DNA of 64,000 nt, taken from assembly GCA_046485285.1 (NCBI GenBank), contig JAWOHE010000021.1:994-64993 (forward strand), in the 5' to 3' direction. A model generated the notes under the pieces. The model made no database searches and was not told the DNA's origin. It worked only from the letters and a program-made list of their open reading frames with translations. A program made the translations under genes and the position numbers. Of the stretch, positions 1 through 9,557 are shown in pieces (the first letter of the stretch is position 1; each line of letters starts with the position of its first letter). Source of the DNA: a bacterium (lineage in GTDB: Bacteria; Hydrothermota; Tepidihabitantia; Tepidihabitantales; Tepidihabitantaceae).

Positions 1-235
1 CCACTCGCCCTTCGGGCTCGGTCGAAATGACAGGCGGGCGGTCTTGCCTGCCGGGCGAGGTACGGACCGCTACTCCCCGTCATTCCGACGGAGGCGGCGA
101 GGCCGCCGATTGGAGGAATCCCTTGGTTCGGGTTGGGTTCGCCGGGAGAACCGAAGAGGGATTTCTCCACTCCGGGCCTGCGGCCCTCCGGTCGAAATGA
201 CCGGGCGGGCGGCGGCCGTCGGTCGAAATGACCGG
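1..235. repeat. Cluster of short interspersed repeat units (core GTCATTyCGAC...[GC hairpin]...GGAGrAATCCC) in both orientations, next to tRNA-Met
   Basis: Units read directly: 1-34 (minus orientation, cut by the window edge, internal hairpin GCCCTTCGGGC). 78-123 (plus orientation, CGTCATTCCGAC-GGAGGCGGCGAGGCCGCCGAT-TGGAGGAATCCCT). 158-204 (minus orientation, AGGGATTTCTCCACTC-CGGGCCTGCGGCCCT-CCGGTCGAAATGACC). Half unit at 218-235. Units 78-123 and 158-204 together form a ~125 bp imperfect palindrome. The same core recurs at 52371-52400 and 57188-57217. ORF 44..286 is a translation artefact of these repeats. Confidence 0.75.
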
Positions 236-251
236 CGTGTCACGCGAGGAG

Positions 252-325
252 TGGGCCCGGTCCGGATCGAACGGACGACCTACTGATTATGAGTCAGCTG
301 CTCTAACCATCTGAGCTACGGGCCC
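252..325 (-). tRNA. tRNA-Met (anticodon CAT; lysidine-type tRNA-Ile2 not excluded)
   Basis: Reverse complement reads GGGCCCGTAGCTCAGATGGTTAGAGCAGCTGACTCATAATCAGTAGGTCGTCCGTTCGATCCGGACCGGGCCCA (74 nt). It has a 7-bp acceptor stem GGGCCCG/CGGGCCC, D arm GCTC/GAGC, anticodon loop CT-CAT-AA and T arm GTCCG-TTCGATC-CGGAC. CCA is not encoded. There are no three G-C pairs closing the anticodon stem, so it is not an initiator. Confidence 0.9.
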
Positions 326-559
326 TCAACCGAGAATTTAGCCGGGAACGGCCGCGCGGTCAAGCCGCCCGAATCCTCCGGAACCGGGCCGTGTCTAAAG
401 CCCGCACGCGGAGACCGGGGAACTACTCCCGGAAGAGCAGTCCCCCGGATTTTGACAACCTGGATTCGGCCGCCACGGGTGGTGACCGCTGGTGCCGCTT
501 CTCCACGGTGCCGGCGCTGAGGTCCCGAACGGGCGCGCCGGCTTAACCGGAGGTTTGAA

Positions 560-1633
560 GTGAAGCGCTCTATGCTGGTTCTTGTTCCTGCCCTGATTCT
601 GGTCGCCGGACTGTTCCTGACCGGTTGCGACCGTGCCTGGTCCGACGGCGACGTCGTACTGAACGTCGACCCGGCCGAATGCGGCACGCCGCAGGAGGTC
701 ATCCTCTATGCCGGCCAGCACATCAACGCCGGTAACGTCACGGTCTGGAACGACGCGACCAATCTCTACGTCCAGTTCAACTCATCCGGCGACTGGGTAA
801 TCACCGAGACTCACGTCGCGGTGGCGACCTCGCTCGCCGGCATTCCGCAGAAGAACGGCAACCCGGTTCCGGGCCTGTTCCCCTACAAGGAGGTCCACGA
901 CCCGGCGGTGACGACCTACACCTACACGATCCCGCTCGGTGACTGGGAGCCGGGTCAGGAGCTCTACATCGCGGCGCACGCGAGTATGGCCCTGCTCGAC
1001 GAGTACGGTGAGGTCATCCAGACCGAGACCGGCTGGGGCTACGGTCCCGACTTCCCGGGCCGCAACTGGGCGACCTACCTGATGTATGAGGTCCAGGACT
1101 GCGAGGAACCAATCGGTATGGAAGGCCTGTTCCGGACCCAGACCCAGGGCGGCTGGGGCGCGGTGCCGCAGGGCGGCAACCCCGGCGCCTACCTGCACGC
1201 CAACTTCGCCGGCGCGTTCCCGGGCGGCCTCGTGATGGGCGGCGACTACACCCTGACGCTGACCGACGCGCAGGCGGTGACCGACTACCTGCCCGACGGC
1301 GGCACGCCCGTCGCGCTGACCCAGGACTGGGTCGACCCGGGCAACCAGGCGATCTCGGTGCTCGCCGGCCAGGTGACCGCCCTGAGCCTGAGCGTCGGGT
1401 TCGACCTCTATGACCCGGACTTCGGCGCCGACCCGGTCAACCTGAAGGACCTCGTCGTCGCCGACCTGGCGAGCCCGTACTACGGCTGGACGGTCCAGGA
1501 GGTCCTGGACGAGGCCAACGCCATCCTCGGCGGCGGCCCCGGCAACCCGTCCCAGATCAACGACGCGGTCTCGGCCATCAACGAGAACTTCGTTGACGGC
1601 ACGATTGACAACGGGTTCCTGGCCAAGCCGTAG
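560..1633 (+). CDS. Putative lipoprotein, unknown function
   Basis: GTG start with GGAGG upstream (ccGGAGGtttgaaGTG). N-terminus MKRSMLVLVPALILVAGLFLTGC is a signal peptide with lipobox LTGC. GC3 bias is uniform across 357 codons. No family recognised. Confidence 0.75.
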   Translation: MKRSMLVLVPALILVAGLFLTGCDRAWSDGDVVLNVDPAECGTPQEVILYAGQHINAGNVTVWNDATNLYVQFNSSGDWVITETHVAVATSLAGIPQKNGNPVPGLFPYKEVHDPAVTTYTYTIPLGDWEPGQELYIAAHASMALLDEYGEVIQTETGWGYGPDFPGRNWATYLMYEVQDCEEPIGMEGLFRTQTQGGWGAVPQGGNPGAYLHANFAGAFPGGLVMGGDYTLTLTDAQAVTDYLPDGGTPVALTQDWVDPGNQAISVLAGQVTALSLSVGFDLYDPDFGADPVNLKDLVVADLASPYYGWTVQEVLDEANAILGGGPGNPSQINDAVSAINENFVDGTIDNGFLAKP

Positions 1634-1654
1634 CCCGGACCGGCAGAAGAACCT

Positions 1655-1684
1655 GAGGCAGGGCCCGCGCCCTGCCTCTTCCGT
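1655..1684. terminator. Intrinsic terminator hairpin between convergent genes
   Basis: GAGGCAGGGC-CCGC-GCCCTGCCTC (perfect 10-bp stem, 1655-1678) followed by TTCCGTTC. It lies between the stops of 560..1633 (+) and 1686..2420 (-). Confidence 0.7.
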
Positions 1685-1685
1685 T

Positions 1686-2420
1686 CTACGCGCCCGCCGG
1701 CCGGTTGCGGCTGATTGCCGCCCGGAAGTGGTGGTTCACCGCGGCGATGTGCTGCCGGCGGCTGACCAGCTCCCGGCCGGCGCTCGTCGCGGTCGCCTCG
1801 GAGATCCTGCCGTCGCGGACCAGCTCGCGTCCGGCCTCGCGGCAGGCGTCGAGGACTTCGCCGACCGCGAGCCCGTGCCGCGCCAGCCCGGCGAGCGAAC
1901 CGGCATAGGGCCGCAGGAGCGCGCCCGCGTACTCCCGGCGCAGGTTCCGGCACGCGGCCTTGACGTGCGCGACGAGCGGCTCGAAGTTGTCGAGTTCGGA
2001 GAAGCCGCAGACCGAGACCAGCGCGACCCGGCCCGCCCGGCAGCCCGGGACGAGGTCGTGCCGGCAGTGATCCTCGTGTTCGACGATGAACGGCTGGAGC
2101 ACGGGTATCAGCCGGTCGAGCACCGCCTTCATCGCCGCGTTCATCCCGTCAACGTAGAGCGGCGTCGCGAGGACGAGGATGTCCGAGTCGGCGACCTGCG
2201 GCAGCAGCGCGTCCATGTCGTCGCGCTGGACGCACCGGCCCGGCGTCGCGGTCCAGCAGTGGTAGCAGCCCCGGCAGTAGCCGACCGCCATCCCGTGCGG
2301 GTACGCGAGTTCGACCTCCGCCCCGGCCGCCCTCATCCCCGCGACCATCGGTGCGAGTACCTGCCCGGTGCCGCCCCGGTCCCGGCGCGGGCTCGAGTTG
2401 AGAACCAGTGCCTTTGCCAC
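1686..2420 (-). CDS. Flavodoxin-fold NAD(P)H-dependent FMN reductase / iron-sulfur flavoprotein family protein
   Basis: Within ORF 1686..2504: AKALVLNSSPRRDRGGTGQVL, SDILVLATPLYVDGMNAAMKAVLDRL and the Cys cluster CRGCYHC fit the flavodoxin-like reductase pattern. I place the start at GTG 2420 (MAKALVL...) because homologues begin there and TTGACA (2453-2448) -N16- GAAAAT precedes it. ATG 2504 is the alternative start. Confidence 0.7.
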   Translation of the reverse strand: MAKALVLNSSPRRDRGGTGQVLAPMVAGMRAAGAEVELAYPHGMAVGYCRGCYHCWTATPGRCVQRDDMDALLPQVADSDILVLATPLYVDGMNAAMKAVLDRLIPVLQPFIVEHEDHCRHDLVPGCRAGRVALVSVCGFSELDNFEPLVAHVKAACRNLRREYAGALLRPYAGSLAGLARHGLAVGEVLDACREAGRELVRDGRISEATATSAGRELVSRRQHIAAVNHHFRAAISRNRPAGA

Positions 2421-2523
2421 AGCCGATTTTCCACCGGCCGCGGCCGCTGTCAACCGACGCCTGCCCCGCCTAACTCTTATTGTTTCATACATATCCCGAA
2501 TCATGCCCCTGTGATTGCCGGCC

Positions 2524-2551
2524 TTGACATTTCGCCGCCCCGTGCTACAAA
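2524..2551 (+). promoter_or_regulatory. Sigma70-type promoter abutting the dapL start (leaderless candidate)
   Basis: TTGACA (2524-2529), 16-nt spacer, TACAAA (2546-2551). GTG start at 2558, only 6 nt after the -10 box, and no Shine-Dalgarno sequence. Confidence 0.5.
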
Positions 2552-2557
2552 TTAGCT

Positions 2558-3739
2558 GTGAGTGACGTCCAGGCCCGCCGGCTGGGCCGGATCCCGCCCT
2601 ACCTGTTCCAGGAACTCGACGACCTCAAGGCCCGCACCAGGGGCGACATCATCGACCTCGGCGAGGGCAGCCCGGACCTGCCGACCCCGGCCCCGATTCT
2701 CCGGGCCTTTGCCCGCGCCCTCAAGGTCACCGCGAACCACGGCTACCCGACCTATGCCGGCAAGCTGTCGGCCCGGCAGGCGGTCGCCGGCTGGTACCGG
2801 CGGCGGTTCGGCGTCCGGCTCGACCCCGCGACCGAGGTCACGATGCTGGTCGGCTCCAAGGAGGGCGTCGGCCACCTCATCTGGGGCACCTGCGGCCCGG
2901 GCGACCGCGTCGCCTACGGCGACCCGGCCTACCCGGTGTACCCGAACCAGGCCCGGCTTGCCGGCGCTCTGCCGGTGCCGGTCCCGCTGGCGGCCGGGAA
3001 CGGCTTCCTGCCCGACCTCGGCCGGCTCGAGCGCGTCGCGCCCCGGATCAAGCTCCTCTGCCTCAACTACCCGTCGAACCCGACTGCCGCGACCGCACAC
3101 CTCGGCTTCTGGCGCGAGGTCGTCGCGCTCGCCGCGAAGTACGGCTTCCACGTCGTCAACGACTGCGTCTATTCCGAGCTCTCGTTCGGCACGCGGCCGC
3201 CGAGCATCCTCGAGGTCCCGGGCGCGAAGGAACGCTGTCTCGAGTTCCATTCGCTGTCCAAGACCTTCAGCATGGCCGGCTGGCGCATCGGGATGGCGGT
3301 CGGCAACCCCGCCCTCGTCAAGGCGCTGCTGCGCATCAAGCAGAACACCGACTCCGGCCCGTTCGGCGCGATCCAGGACGCCGCCGCCTGGGCGCTCGAA
3401 CACGGCGACCGGCTCGCCGCCCGGACCCGCGAGCGCTACCGCCGCCGGCGCGACGTCTTCTGCGCCGAACTCGCCCGGCACGGCTGGCCGGTCCCGGTCC
3501 CGGCCGCGACCTTCTACGTCTGGGCGAAGGTACCGCGCGGCCGGGACGACTACGCCTTCGCGCTGGACCTCCTGAAGCACTGCCGGGTCGTCGCCGCGCC
3601 CGGGTCCGGCTTCGGCCGCGCCGGCCGCGGCTACGTCCGCTTCGCGCTGGTCCAGGAAGAAAGCCGCATCCGCGAAGCGGCCCGAAGGATAGGAAGCTGG
3701 ATCAGCGGGACGGGACTGAGGGACAAAGGGCAGGAATGA
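2558..3739 (+). CDS. dapL: Class I/II aminotransferase, LL-diaminopimelate aminotransferase (DapL)-like
   Basis: 393 aa with [41 protein letters not shown], the PLP-lysine motif [33 protein letters not shown] and [10 protein letters not shown] associate this pattern with DapL-type enzymes. It sits immediately upstream of lysC with an ATGA overlap. Exact substrate is inference. Confidence 0.7.
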   Translation: MSDVQARRLGRIPPYLFQELDDLKARTRGDIIDLGEGSPDLPTPAPILRAFARALKVTANHGYPTYAGKLSARQAVAGWYRRRFGVRLDPATEVTMLVGSKEGVGHLIWGTCGPGDRVAYGDPAYPVYPNQARLAGALPVPVPLAAGNGFLPDLGRLERVAPRIKLLCLNYPSNPTAATAHLGFWREVVALAAKYGFHVVNDCVYSELSFGTRPPSILEVPGAKERCLEFHSLSKTFSMAGWRIGMAVGNPALVKALLRIKQNTDSGPFGAIQDAAAWALEHGDRLAARTRERYRRRRDVFCAELARHGWPVPVPAATFYVWAKVPRGRDDYAFALDLLKHCRVVAAPGSGFGRAGRGYVRFALVQEESRIREAARRIGSWISGTGLRDKGQE

Positions 3740-4959
3740 TGCCGCTGATTGTCCAGAAGTACGGCGGGACGTCGCTGGCCGACGTGGATTGCATCCGCCG
3801 GGTCGCCCGCCGCATCGCCGGTACCCGGCGCCGCGGCCACCGCGTCGTCGTGGTCGTCTCGGCGATGGGCTCGACGACCGACGAGCTCGTCCGGCTCGCC
3901 CACCGCATCACCCCCGCGCCCCAGCGCCGCGAGCTCGACATGCTCCTCACCGCCGGCGAGCGCCAGACGATGGCGCTGCTCTCGCTGGCGATAATGAAGC
4001 TCGGCTGCGAGGCGGTCAGCTTCACCGGCTCGCAGGTCGGCATCATCACCGACCGCTTCCACTCCGACGCCCGCATCGAGGAAATCAAGGGCGACCGGCT
4101 CCGCGCCGCCCTGCGCCGGGGCTTCGTGCCGATCGTCGCCGGCTTCCAGGGGATGAGCGCGGACCGCGAGATTACCACTCTCGGCCGCGGCGGTTCCGAC
4201 GTCACCGCCATCGCGCTCGCCGCCGTGCTCGGCGCGGACGCCTGCGAGCTCAACAAGGACGTCGACGGCATCTTCACCGAGAACCCGCGCGAGTTCGCGG
4301 GCGTGCGCTTCGTGCCGGAGCTCAGCTTCGGCGAGTTGAGCGAGCTCGCCGGCTCCGGCTCCGAGGTCATCCACCCGCGGGCCTGCGCGCTGGCCGAGAA
4401 GTACCGCGTGCCGCTCGTCATCCGGTCCACCTTCAGCCGAAAGCGAGGCACCACCGTGAGACAGTCCAGCGAGCTTGAGAAGGCCTTTGTCCGGGCCATC
4501 ACCCACAGCCACGAGATCGCCCGCGTCACCCTGCTCGACGTGCCGCGCCGCGGCCGCTGCCTGAACCAGGTCGTCACCCGGCTCGCCGAGCGACGAATCC
4601 CGGTCCTGCTCTTCAGCCACGGCAGTCTCCACGGCAGGCGCTTCGACCTCGCCTACTACCTGCCCGGCCCCTGTCTTGTCGAGGCGGAGAAAATCCTCGC
4701 CGCGATCGCCCGCGAGGTCGGGGCCCGGGGGGTCGAGACCCGGGACGACCTCGCCTCGGTCTCGGTGGTCGGACCGGGCGTCGGGTCGGACCCGGAGATC
4801 GTCTCCGGCACGCTCGACGCCCTGCGCCAGGTCGGCTGCCACCTCTCGGCCTTCTCGACCTCGGAGACTCGTCTCACCGCCTACTTCGACCGCGCGAACC
4901 TCAAGACCGCCGGCGCCGCGCTCCTCGGCCGGTTCCGGCTGACCGCCCGGAAGCGATGA
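3736..4959 (+). CDS. lysC: Aspartate kinase
   Basis: [27 protein letters not shown] and [15 protein letters not shown] are aspartokinase N-terminal signatures. The C-terminal region is ACT-like. Start overlaps the dapL stop (ATGA). Confidence 0.9.
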   Translation: MMPLIVQKYGGTSLADVDCIRRVARRIAGTRRRGHRVVVVVSAMGSTTDELVRLAHRITPAPQRRELDMLLTAGERQTMALLSLAIMKLGCEAVSFTGSQVGIITDRFHSDARIEEIKGDRLRAALRRGFVPIVAGFQGMSADREITTLGRGGSDVTAIALAAVLGADACELNKDVDGIFTENPREFAGVRFVPELSFGELSELAGSGSEVIHPRACALAEKYRVPLVIRSTFSRKRGTTVRQSSELEKAFVRAITHSHEIARVTLLDVPRRGRCLNQVVTRLAERRIPVLLFSHGSLHGRRFDLAYYLPGPCLVEAEKILAAIAREVGARGVETRDDLASVSVVGPGVGSDPEIVSGTLDALRQVGCHLSAFSTSETRLTAYFDRANLKTAGAALLGRFRLTARKR

Positions 4960-5735
4960 GCGAGGAAACAACCCGGCCCGAGGCGCCCGGCGGGCCGTAC
5001 CCCGCGGCGACGCCGGAACCGCACGCGGCCCCGGCCGCGCCGGACGCGGTGTTGCTCAACACCATCGAGGCCCTGCTCTTCGCCGCCGAGGAGCCGCTGC
5101 CCGCGTCGCGCCTGGCCGAGATCGGCGGGTCCGACATCGAGGCCGTCCGCGCCGCGGTCGCCGAGCTCAACCGCGTCTACGAGGACAGCGGCCGGACCTT
5201 CCGCATCCACCGGGTCGCCCAGGGTCTCCAGCTCTACACCCTGCCCGAACACGCCCGGCCGGTGCGCCAGCTCTTCCGGCGCCAGCTCGTCCAGCGGCTC
5301 TCACGCGCCGCGCTCGAGGTCCTGGCCATCGTCGCCTACCGCCAGCCGGTCACCCGGCCCCAGATCGAGGAGTTCCGCGGCGTCGACTGCTCCGGCCCGC
5401 TCGTCACCCTGCTCGAGCGCCGGCTCATCGCGACCGCCGGCAAGGCCCACCGGCCCGGCAATCCCTATCTCTACCGCACGACGCGGGAGTTCCTGCGCTA
5501 CTTCGGGCTCGAGACGCTCGGCGACCTCCCACCGCTCGAGGAACTGAGCGCCTTCCTCGCCGGCGCGCTGACCGCGGAGGACCGGCAGCTCGAGATCGAT
5601 ACCGAGGAGCAACTCGCCATCGGCGACACGCGCATCGCCGAGGCCGCCCGGGCGCAGGAGAACGCGCTCAACGGGGCCGGCGCGACGCCGGCCGGCGACG
5701 CCGACGAAGAAGACCCCGAACGGACCGGCGAATGA
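4956..5735 (+). CDS. scpB: SMC-Scp complex subunit ScpB
   Basis: [63 protein letters not shown] and [18 protein letters not shown] are ScpB winged-helix repeats. ATGA overlap with lysC. Confidence 0.88.
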   Translation: MSEETTRPEAPGGPYPAATPEPHAAPAAPDAVLLNTIEALLFAAEEPLPASRLAEIGGSDIEAVRAAVAELNRVYEDSGRTFRIHRVAQGLQLYTLPEHARPVRQLFRRQLVQRLSRAALEVLAIVAYRQPVTRPQIEEFRGVDCSGPLVTLLERRLIATAGKAHRPGNPYLYRTTREFLRYFGLETLGDLPPLEELSAFLAGALTAEDRQLEIDTEEQLAIGDTRIAEAARAQENALNGAGATPAGDADEEDPERTGE

Positions 5736-6289
5736 CGGCTGGACCCGCAAACCCGGCACCGGACGATTGCGGCCCCCGGGCCCTGCTCGTCTGCGGCATC
5801 CTGGCCGCCGACATCGCACTCCTCGACGAGGCCGAGGCCGCGCTCGGCAGGGAGTTCGGTCCGGTGACGGACCGGAGCGCCGACATCCCGTTCGACTTCA
5901 CCGACTACTACGAGGCCGAGTTCGGCCCGGGCCTTGTCCGGCGCTGGGTCGGCTTCTCGCCGCCCTGCGCCGCGGTCCTGCTCGCCGCGGCCAAGCTCGC
6001 GACCGGCGCGATCGAGCAGGCTTTCGCCGTGGCCGGCCGCCGCCGGGTCAACCTCGACCCCGGTCTGCTGACCCTCCACAACCTCGTGCTCGCGACGACC
6101 AAGGACTTCGCCCACCGCATCTACCTCCGCGACGGCATCCGGGCCGAACTCACCCTCCTCTATGCGGACGGCGGCTGGGTGCCACTGCCCTGGACCTACC
6201 CCGACTACCGAACTGAAGCCTGTCACCAACTCCTCACCCGCTGCCGCGCGCACCTGCTCGACCCGCCGACCAGTCCGTCGCGCAACTGA
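5732..6289 (+). CDS. DUF4416 family protein
   Basis: 185 aa with IPFDFTDYYEAEFG, VNLDPGLLTLHNLVLATTKDF and WTYPDYR, which matches my recollection of DUF4416. Start overlaps the scpB stop. Confidence 0.65.
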   Translation: MTAGPANPAPDDCGPRALLVCGILAADIALLDEAEAALGREFGPVTDRSADIPFDFTDYYEAEFGPGLVRRWVGFSPPCAAVLLAAAKLATGAIEQAFAVAGRRRVNLDPGLLTLHNLVLATTKDFAHRIYLRDGIRAELTLLYADGGWVPLPWTYPDYRTEACHQLLTRCRAHLLDPPTSPSRN

Positions 6290-6636
6290 TGTCCAGGCCC
6301 GTCTACTGGCATATCCCGTCCGCGGACCCGGACGCCGATGCCCGTTTCTTCGAACAACTCTTCGGCTGGAAGCTCACCCCTTCGGAGGACCATTACTGGA
6401 TGTTCGACGTCGAGGCCGGCGTCAGCGGCGGCATAATGCCCGTCAAGGAACCGCCCGGCCACGGCGTGATGGTCTACGTCGGCGTCGACGACATCCCGGC
6501 GACGCTCGCCCGCGTTGTCGAACTCGGCGGCGAGGTCGTGCGGCCGAAGTCCGCCATCGGCGGCGACTGGGGCTACTGGGCCGAGTTCAGGGCCCCGGGC
6601 GGCTGCCGCAGCGTCGCGCTCTGGTCGAAGGCCTGA
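6289..6636 (+). CDS. VOC (glyoxalase/bleomycin-resistance fold) family protein
   Basis: 115 aa with WHIPSADPDADARFFEQLFGWKL and GGEVVRPKSAIGGDWGYWAEFRAPGG, typical of a single-domain VOC protein. Last gene of the dapL operon, with a 1-nt overlap with the upstream stop. Confidence 0.75.
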   Translation: MSRPVYWHIPSADPDADARFFEQLFGWKLTPSEDHYWMFDVEAGVSGGIMPVKEPPGHGVMVYVGVDDIPATLARVVELGGEVVRPKSAIGGDWGYWAEFRAPGGCRSVALWSKA

Positions 6637-6662
6637 CGCGACGTCCCCGCCGAAATTTCCGC

Positions 6663-6690
6663 TTTACACGCCACCCGGGGGGGGTATAAT
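6663..6690 (+). promoter_or_regulatory. Strong sigma70-type promoter with no protein gene downstream
   Basis: TTTACA (6663-6668), 16-nt spacer, consensus TATAAT (6685-6690). Confidence 0.6.
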
Positions 6691-6696
6691 ACAGTG

Positions 6697-6884
6697 TCTT
6701 TGGGTGCCATTCAGGGGGAGTGGTCGGTGCGAATGGCTGAGAGCATCTCAACCTCCTCTGAACAGGCTCTCCGCAATAGCCCCACTATTGCGGCCGCATG
6801 CCTCCCCTGGCCTTCGTACCGGGCCCCACCGCTCCCCCTCTCTTCACCTGCCGACCGGCCAAGTGCCGGTCGGCTTTCGCTTGT
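6697..6884 (+). ncRNA. Candidate ~190-nt small RNA of unknown class (6S-like or riboswitch-like)
   Basis: Bounded by the 6663-6690 promoter and an intrinsic terminator: GCCGACCGGC-CAAGT-GCCGGTCGGC (6850-6874) followed by TTTCGCTTGT. No credible ORF inside. Internal helices: GGGGGAG (6714-6720)/CTCCCCC (6832-6838), CGGTG/CACCG, GAGAGC (6739-6744)/GCTCTC (6766-6771) and CGCAATAG-CCCCA-CTATTGCG (6772-6792). It converges on the pdxA 3' end. Confidence 0.45.
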
Positions 6885-6898
6885 CCCGTGAGAGTTGG

Positions 6899-7834
6899 TC
6901 AGGCGGTGCGCGCAAGCCGCCGCGCGAGGCGGATTGCCGCGACCATCGACCCCGGGTCGGCAATGCCCCGGCCGGCGATGTCGAACGCGGTCCCGTGCAG
7001 CGGCGAGGTCCTGACCGCCCCGAGCCCGAGCGTGACGTTCACGCCCGGGCCGAGGAGCTTGGCCGGGATCATCGCCTGGTCGTGGTACATCGCGACCCAG
7101 CCGTCCACCCGGCCGAGCCACGGGCCGACCGCGTCGGCGCAGACCGGCCCGGCCGCGTCGACGCCCGCCCGGCGCGCGCGGGCGACCCCGGCGGCGATGC
7201 GCCGCTCCTCGCCCCGGCCGAACTCGGCGCCGTGTGGGTTGAGCGCGAGCACGCCGATCCGCGGCCGGCGCCGAAGCTCCCGGCGCAGGAACTCCTCAAG
7301 CAGGACCGCTTTCTCGAAGACCGCTCCCGCGGTGATGGCGCCCGGGACGTCGGCCAGCGGCAGGTGAATCGTGACGAAGACCGCCTTGTAGCGTGGCGTC
7401 CAGGCCAGCATCGCGGTTCGAGCCGCGCCCAGCCGCTCGGCGAGGAACTCGGTCTGGCCGGGCCAGCGGAAGCCGGCTCGCCGCAGCGCGGCCTTCGACA
7501 CCGGCGCGGTCACCAGTGCCGAGACCTCTCCGCGCCCCAGCAGTTCGGCGCCCCGCTCGAGCGCGGCCAGCGCCGCCGCGCCGCAGTTCGCCTGCACCCG
7601 GCCGGGCGTGAAGCGGCCCGGGTTCCCGGTGTCGTCGACCGCGAACCCGGCCGGCAGCGCGAGCCTGAGCCTCCGGGCCGCGCCCGCGATGACCGCCCGC
7701 GGGCCGACCAGCACCGCCCGCCGGACCCGGAGCCGGGCCAGCGCCTTGAGCGTCACCTCCGGCCCGACGCCGGCCGGGTCGCCCAGCGTGACGCCCAGCG
7801 GTGCCGGCCGTCGTCCCGGTCGTGTCTCGCTCAT
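6899..7834 (-). CDS. pdxA: 4-hydroxythreonine-4-phosphate dehydrogenase (PdxA family)
   Basis: LGVTLGDPAGVGPEV, WPGQTEFLAERLG, LALNPHGAEFG and VRTSPLHGTAFDIAGRGIADPGSMVAAIRLA are PdxA family signatures. Confidence 0.88.
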   Translation of the reverse strand: MSETRPGRRPAPLGVTLGDPAGVGPEVTLKALARLRVRRAVLVGPRAVIAGAARRLRLALPAGFAVDDTGNPGRFTPGRVQANCGAAALAALERGAELLGRGEVSALVTAPVSKAALRRAGFRWPGQTEFLAERLGAARTAMLAWTPRYKAVFVTIHLPLADVPGAITAGAVFEKAVLLEEFLRRELRRRPRIGVLALNPHGAEFGRGEERRIAAGVARARRAGVDAAGPVCADAVGPWLGRVDGWVAMYHDQAMIPAKLLGPGVNVTLGLGAVRTSPLHGTAFDIAGRGIADPGSMVAAIRLARRLARTA

Positions 7835-7851
7835 TCGTCGCCCCTCTCCCG

Positions 7852-8730
7852 TCAGTAGTGCGAGAGCGTGCCGCTGCGCCGGGTCCAGCGGTCAATGACC
7901 GCGAAAATGGCCAGCCCGAAGACGACCCAGACCACGCAGAGCAGGCTGAGCCGGAGGAACACCGTGCCCAGCGAGAAGCCCATCTGCTCGCCGAGCAGGA
8001 AGTGCCGGACCCCGAGGATGCCGTAGGTCGTCGGCACGAACAGCGCCGCCTTCTGCATGAACACCGGCAGGACCGCGAGCGGGTAGGCGATCGGCGTGAT
8101 GACCATTATCAGGCTCGAGAGTATCTCCGAGACGATCCAGCCCTGCTTGAAGATCAACGTCGTCGAGGCCATTATCATCCCGACCCCGTAGAGCGCGACG
8201 AGCATCAGCCCGATTATCGCCAGCGACGGCAGGATGCCGGACGGACTGACCGCGATGGCGTAGACCGCGAAGACGAAGATGAGCTGGACCGCGATCATCA
8301 GCGACTGGTGCAGTATCGAGTGGCAGGACATCCCGAGCGTGAACACCCAGCGCGGCACCGGCGCGGCGAAGACCGACTCGAGCGTCCCGTAGAACTGCTC
8401 CTTGCGCAGGCTGAAGCCCATCGCCCAGAGCGCCATGTTCAGGAACCCGATGAACAGGTAGCCGATGGTGATGAAGGTGATGATGTCGGACGTGCCGACG
8501 AGCGACTTCAGGTGCTCCGACTGCCGCCCGCCGACCAGCGCCACGCCGTAGAGCAGGAAGGGCAGGAGGTAGACGACCGGGTCGATCAGGCTCCGGACAA
8601 AGTCGGCCTTGTAGGTCAGCTCGAGCTTCCACTCCTTGATGTTCTCCGCCCAGACCGCCCGGGCGTAGTGGAGGGCCTTTGCCTTCAAACCCGTGGCTAC
8701 CGGCCTGCCCGCGCTCGCCGCCACCGCCAT
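7852..8730 (-). CDS. ABC-2 type transporter permease
   Basis: This is the C-terminal 292 codons of ORF 7852..9630 (the upstream part of that ORF is out-of-frame read-through). Starts MAVAASAGRP... at ATG 8730, overlapping the upstream stop (ATGA). Multiple hydrophobic helices typical of ABC-2 permeases. Confidence 0.8.
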   Translation of the reverse strand: MAVAASAGRPVATGLKAKALHYARAVWAENIKEWKLELTYKADFVRSLIDPVVYLLPFLLYGVALVGGRQSEHLKSLVGTSDIITFITIGYLFIGFLNMALWAMGFSLRKEQFYGTLESVFAAPVPRWVFTLGMSCHSILHQSLMIAVQLIFVFAVYAIAVSPSGILPSLAIIGLMLVALYGVGMIMASTTLIFKQGWIVSEILSSLIMVITPIAYPLAVLPVFMQKAALFVPTTYGILGVRHFLLGEQMGFSLGTVFLRLSLLCVVWVVFGLAIFAVIDRWTRRSGTLSHY

Positions 8731-9557
8731 CAGTGCATCCCGACGGTCCCGTCGCGCCGGGTCTTGCGTTCGAGCGCGACGAAGGTGAAGTACCCGCCGG
8801 TGAGCATGACGACGTCCATCGCCGCGAGCACGCCGACGGTCTGCCAGAGGCTCACGCCCCGGCCCTCGACCAGGATTATCGCCCGGATCGCCACCAGCGC
8901 CCAGGTCAGCGGCACGAGCAGGCTCACGAACCCGGTTATCGCATTGACGTTGACCGGGTAGCGGATCGGCGAGAACAGGAAGAAGACCCATTCGAGGGTG
9001 TGGACCCAGCCGTGGACCTCCTTGATCAGCAGGGTGAAGCCGGCGAAGGCGATCGCGAAGCCGTAGAACCCGACCATCACCATCACGATGATCAGCAGCA
9101 CCGGCAGGATCTTCGCGAGCGTGAAGGTCACCCCGAAGAAGACCGCGATGATGACGCCCTGGATGAGCGCCATCGCGGTCGCCATCGCCGCCTCGGCGAG
9201 GGTCTTGCCGATCAGCACGACCAGCGGGTGGGTCGGCGAGGCGATGATGTACTCCATCGTCCCCCAGTAGGTCTCCTCGCGCAGGCTGTTGCCGACGCCC
9301 CAGAGCGCGCTGAACACGAAGGTCGAGACCATCGCGCCGATGAGCACGAACGCGAGGTAGTTGCCCGACCCGGTGAGCTCGGCGAACGAATCCGAGTTCA
9401 TCGAGCCGACCAGCGCCCGGCCCTGGAACACGAACGGCATCACCCAGAGCAGCGGGAACACGCCCCAGAAGAACATCATTATCGGGTAGGACAGCCAGAT
9501 CCGGACCGTCTTGCGGAACTCGGCCCCGACGACCGACAGCCGCGCCGCCGCGGTCAC
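8730..9557 (-). CDS. ABC-2 type transporter permease
   Basis: 275 aa, polytopic (IWLSYPIMMFFWGVFPLLWVMPFVF...). Start overlaps the stop of the ATPase gene. Confidence 0.8.
   Translation of the reverse strand: MTAAARLSVVGAEFRKTVRIWLSYPIMMFFWGVFPLLWVMPFVFQGRALVGSMNSDSFAELTGSGNYLAFVLIGAMVSTFVFSALWGVGNSLREETYWGTMEYIIASPTHPLVVLIGKTLAEAAMATAMALIQGVIIAVFFGVTFTLAKILPVLLIIVMVMVGFYGFAIAFAGFTLLIKEVHGWVHTLEWVFFLFSPIRYPVNVNAITGFVSLLVPLTWALVAIRAIILVEGRGVSLWQTVGVLAAMDVVMLTGGYFTFVALERKTRRDGTVGMH

Noticed and set aside
6702-6742. TPP riboswitch (GGGTGCC, hairpin, GGCTGAGA)
   Set aside because: The 3' half lacks the conserved ACCTGATCTGGATAATGCCAGCG-type pyrophosphate-sensor helix, and there is no downstream plus-strand gene to regulate.
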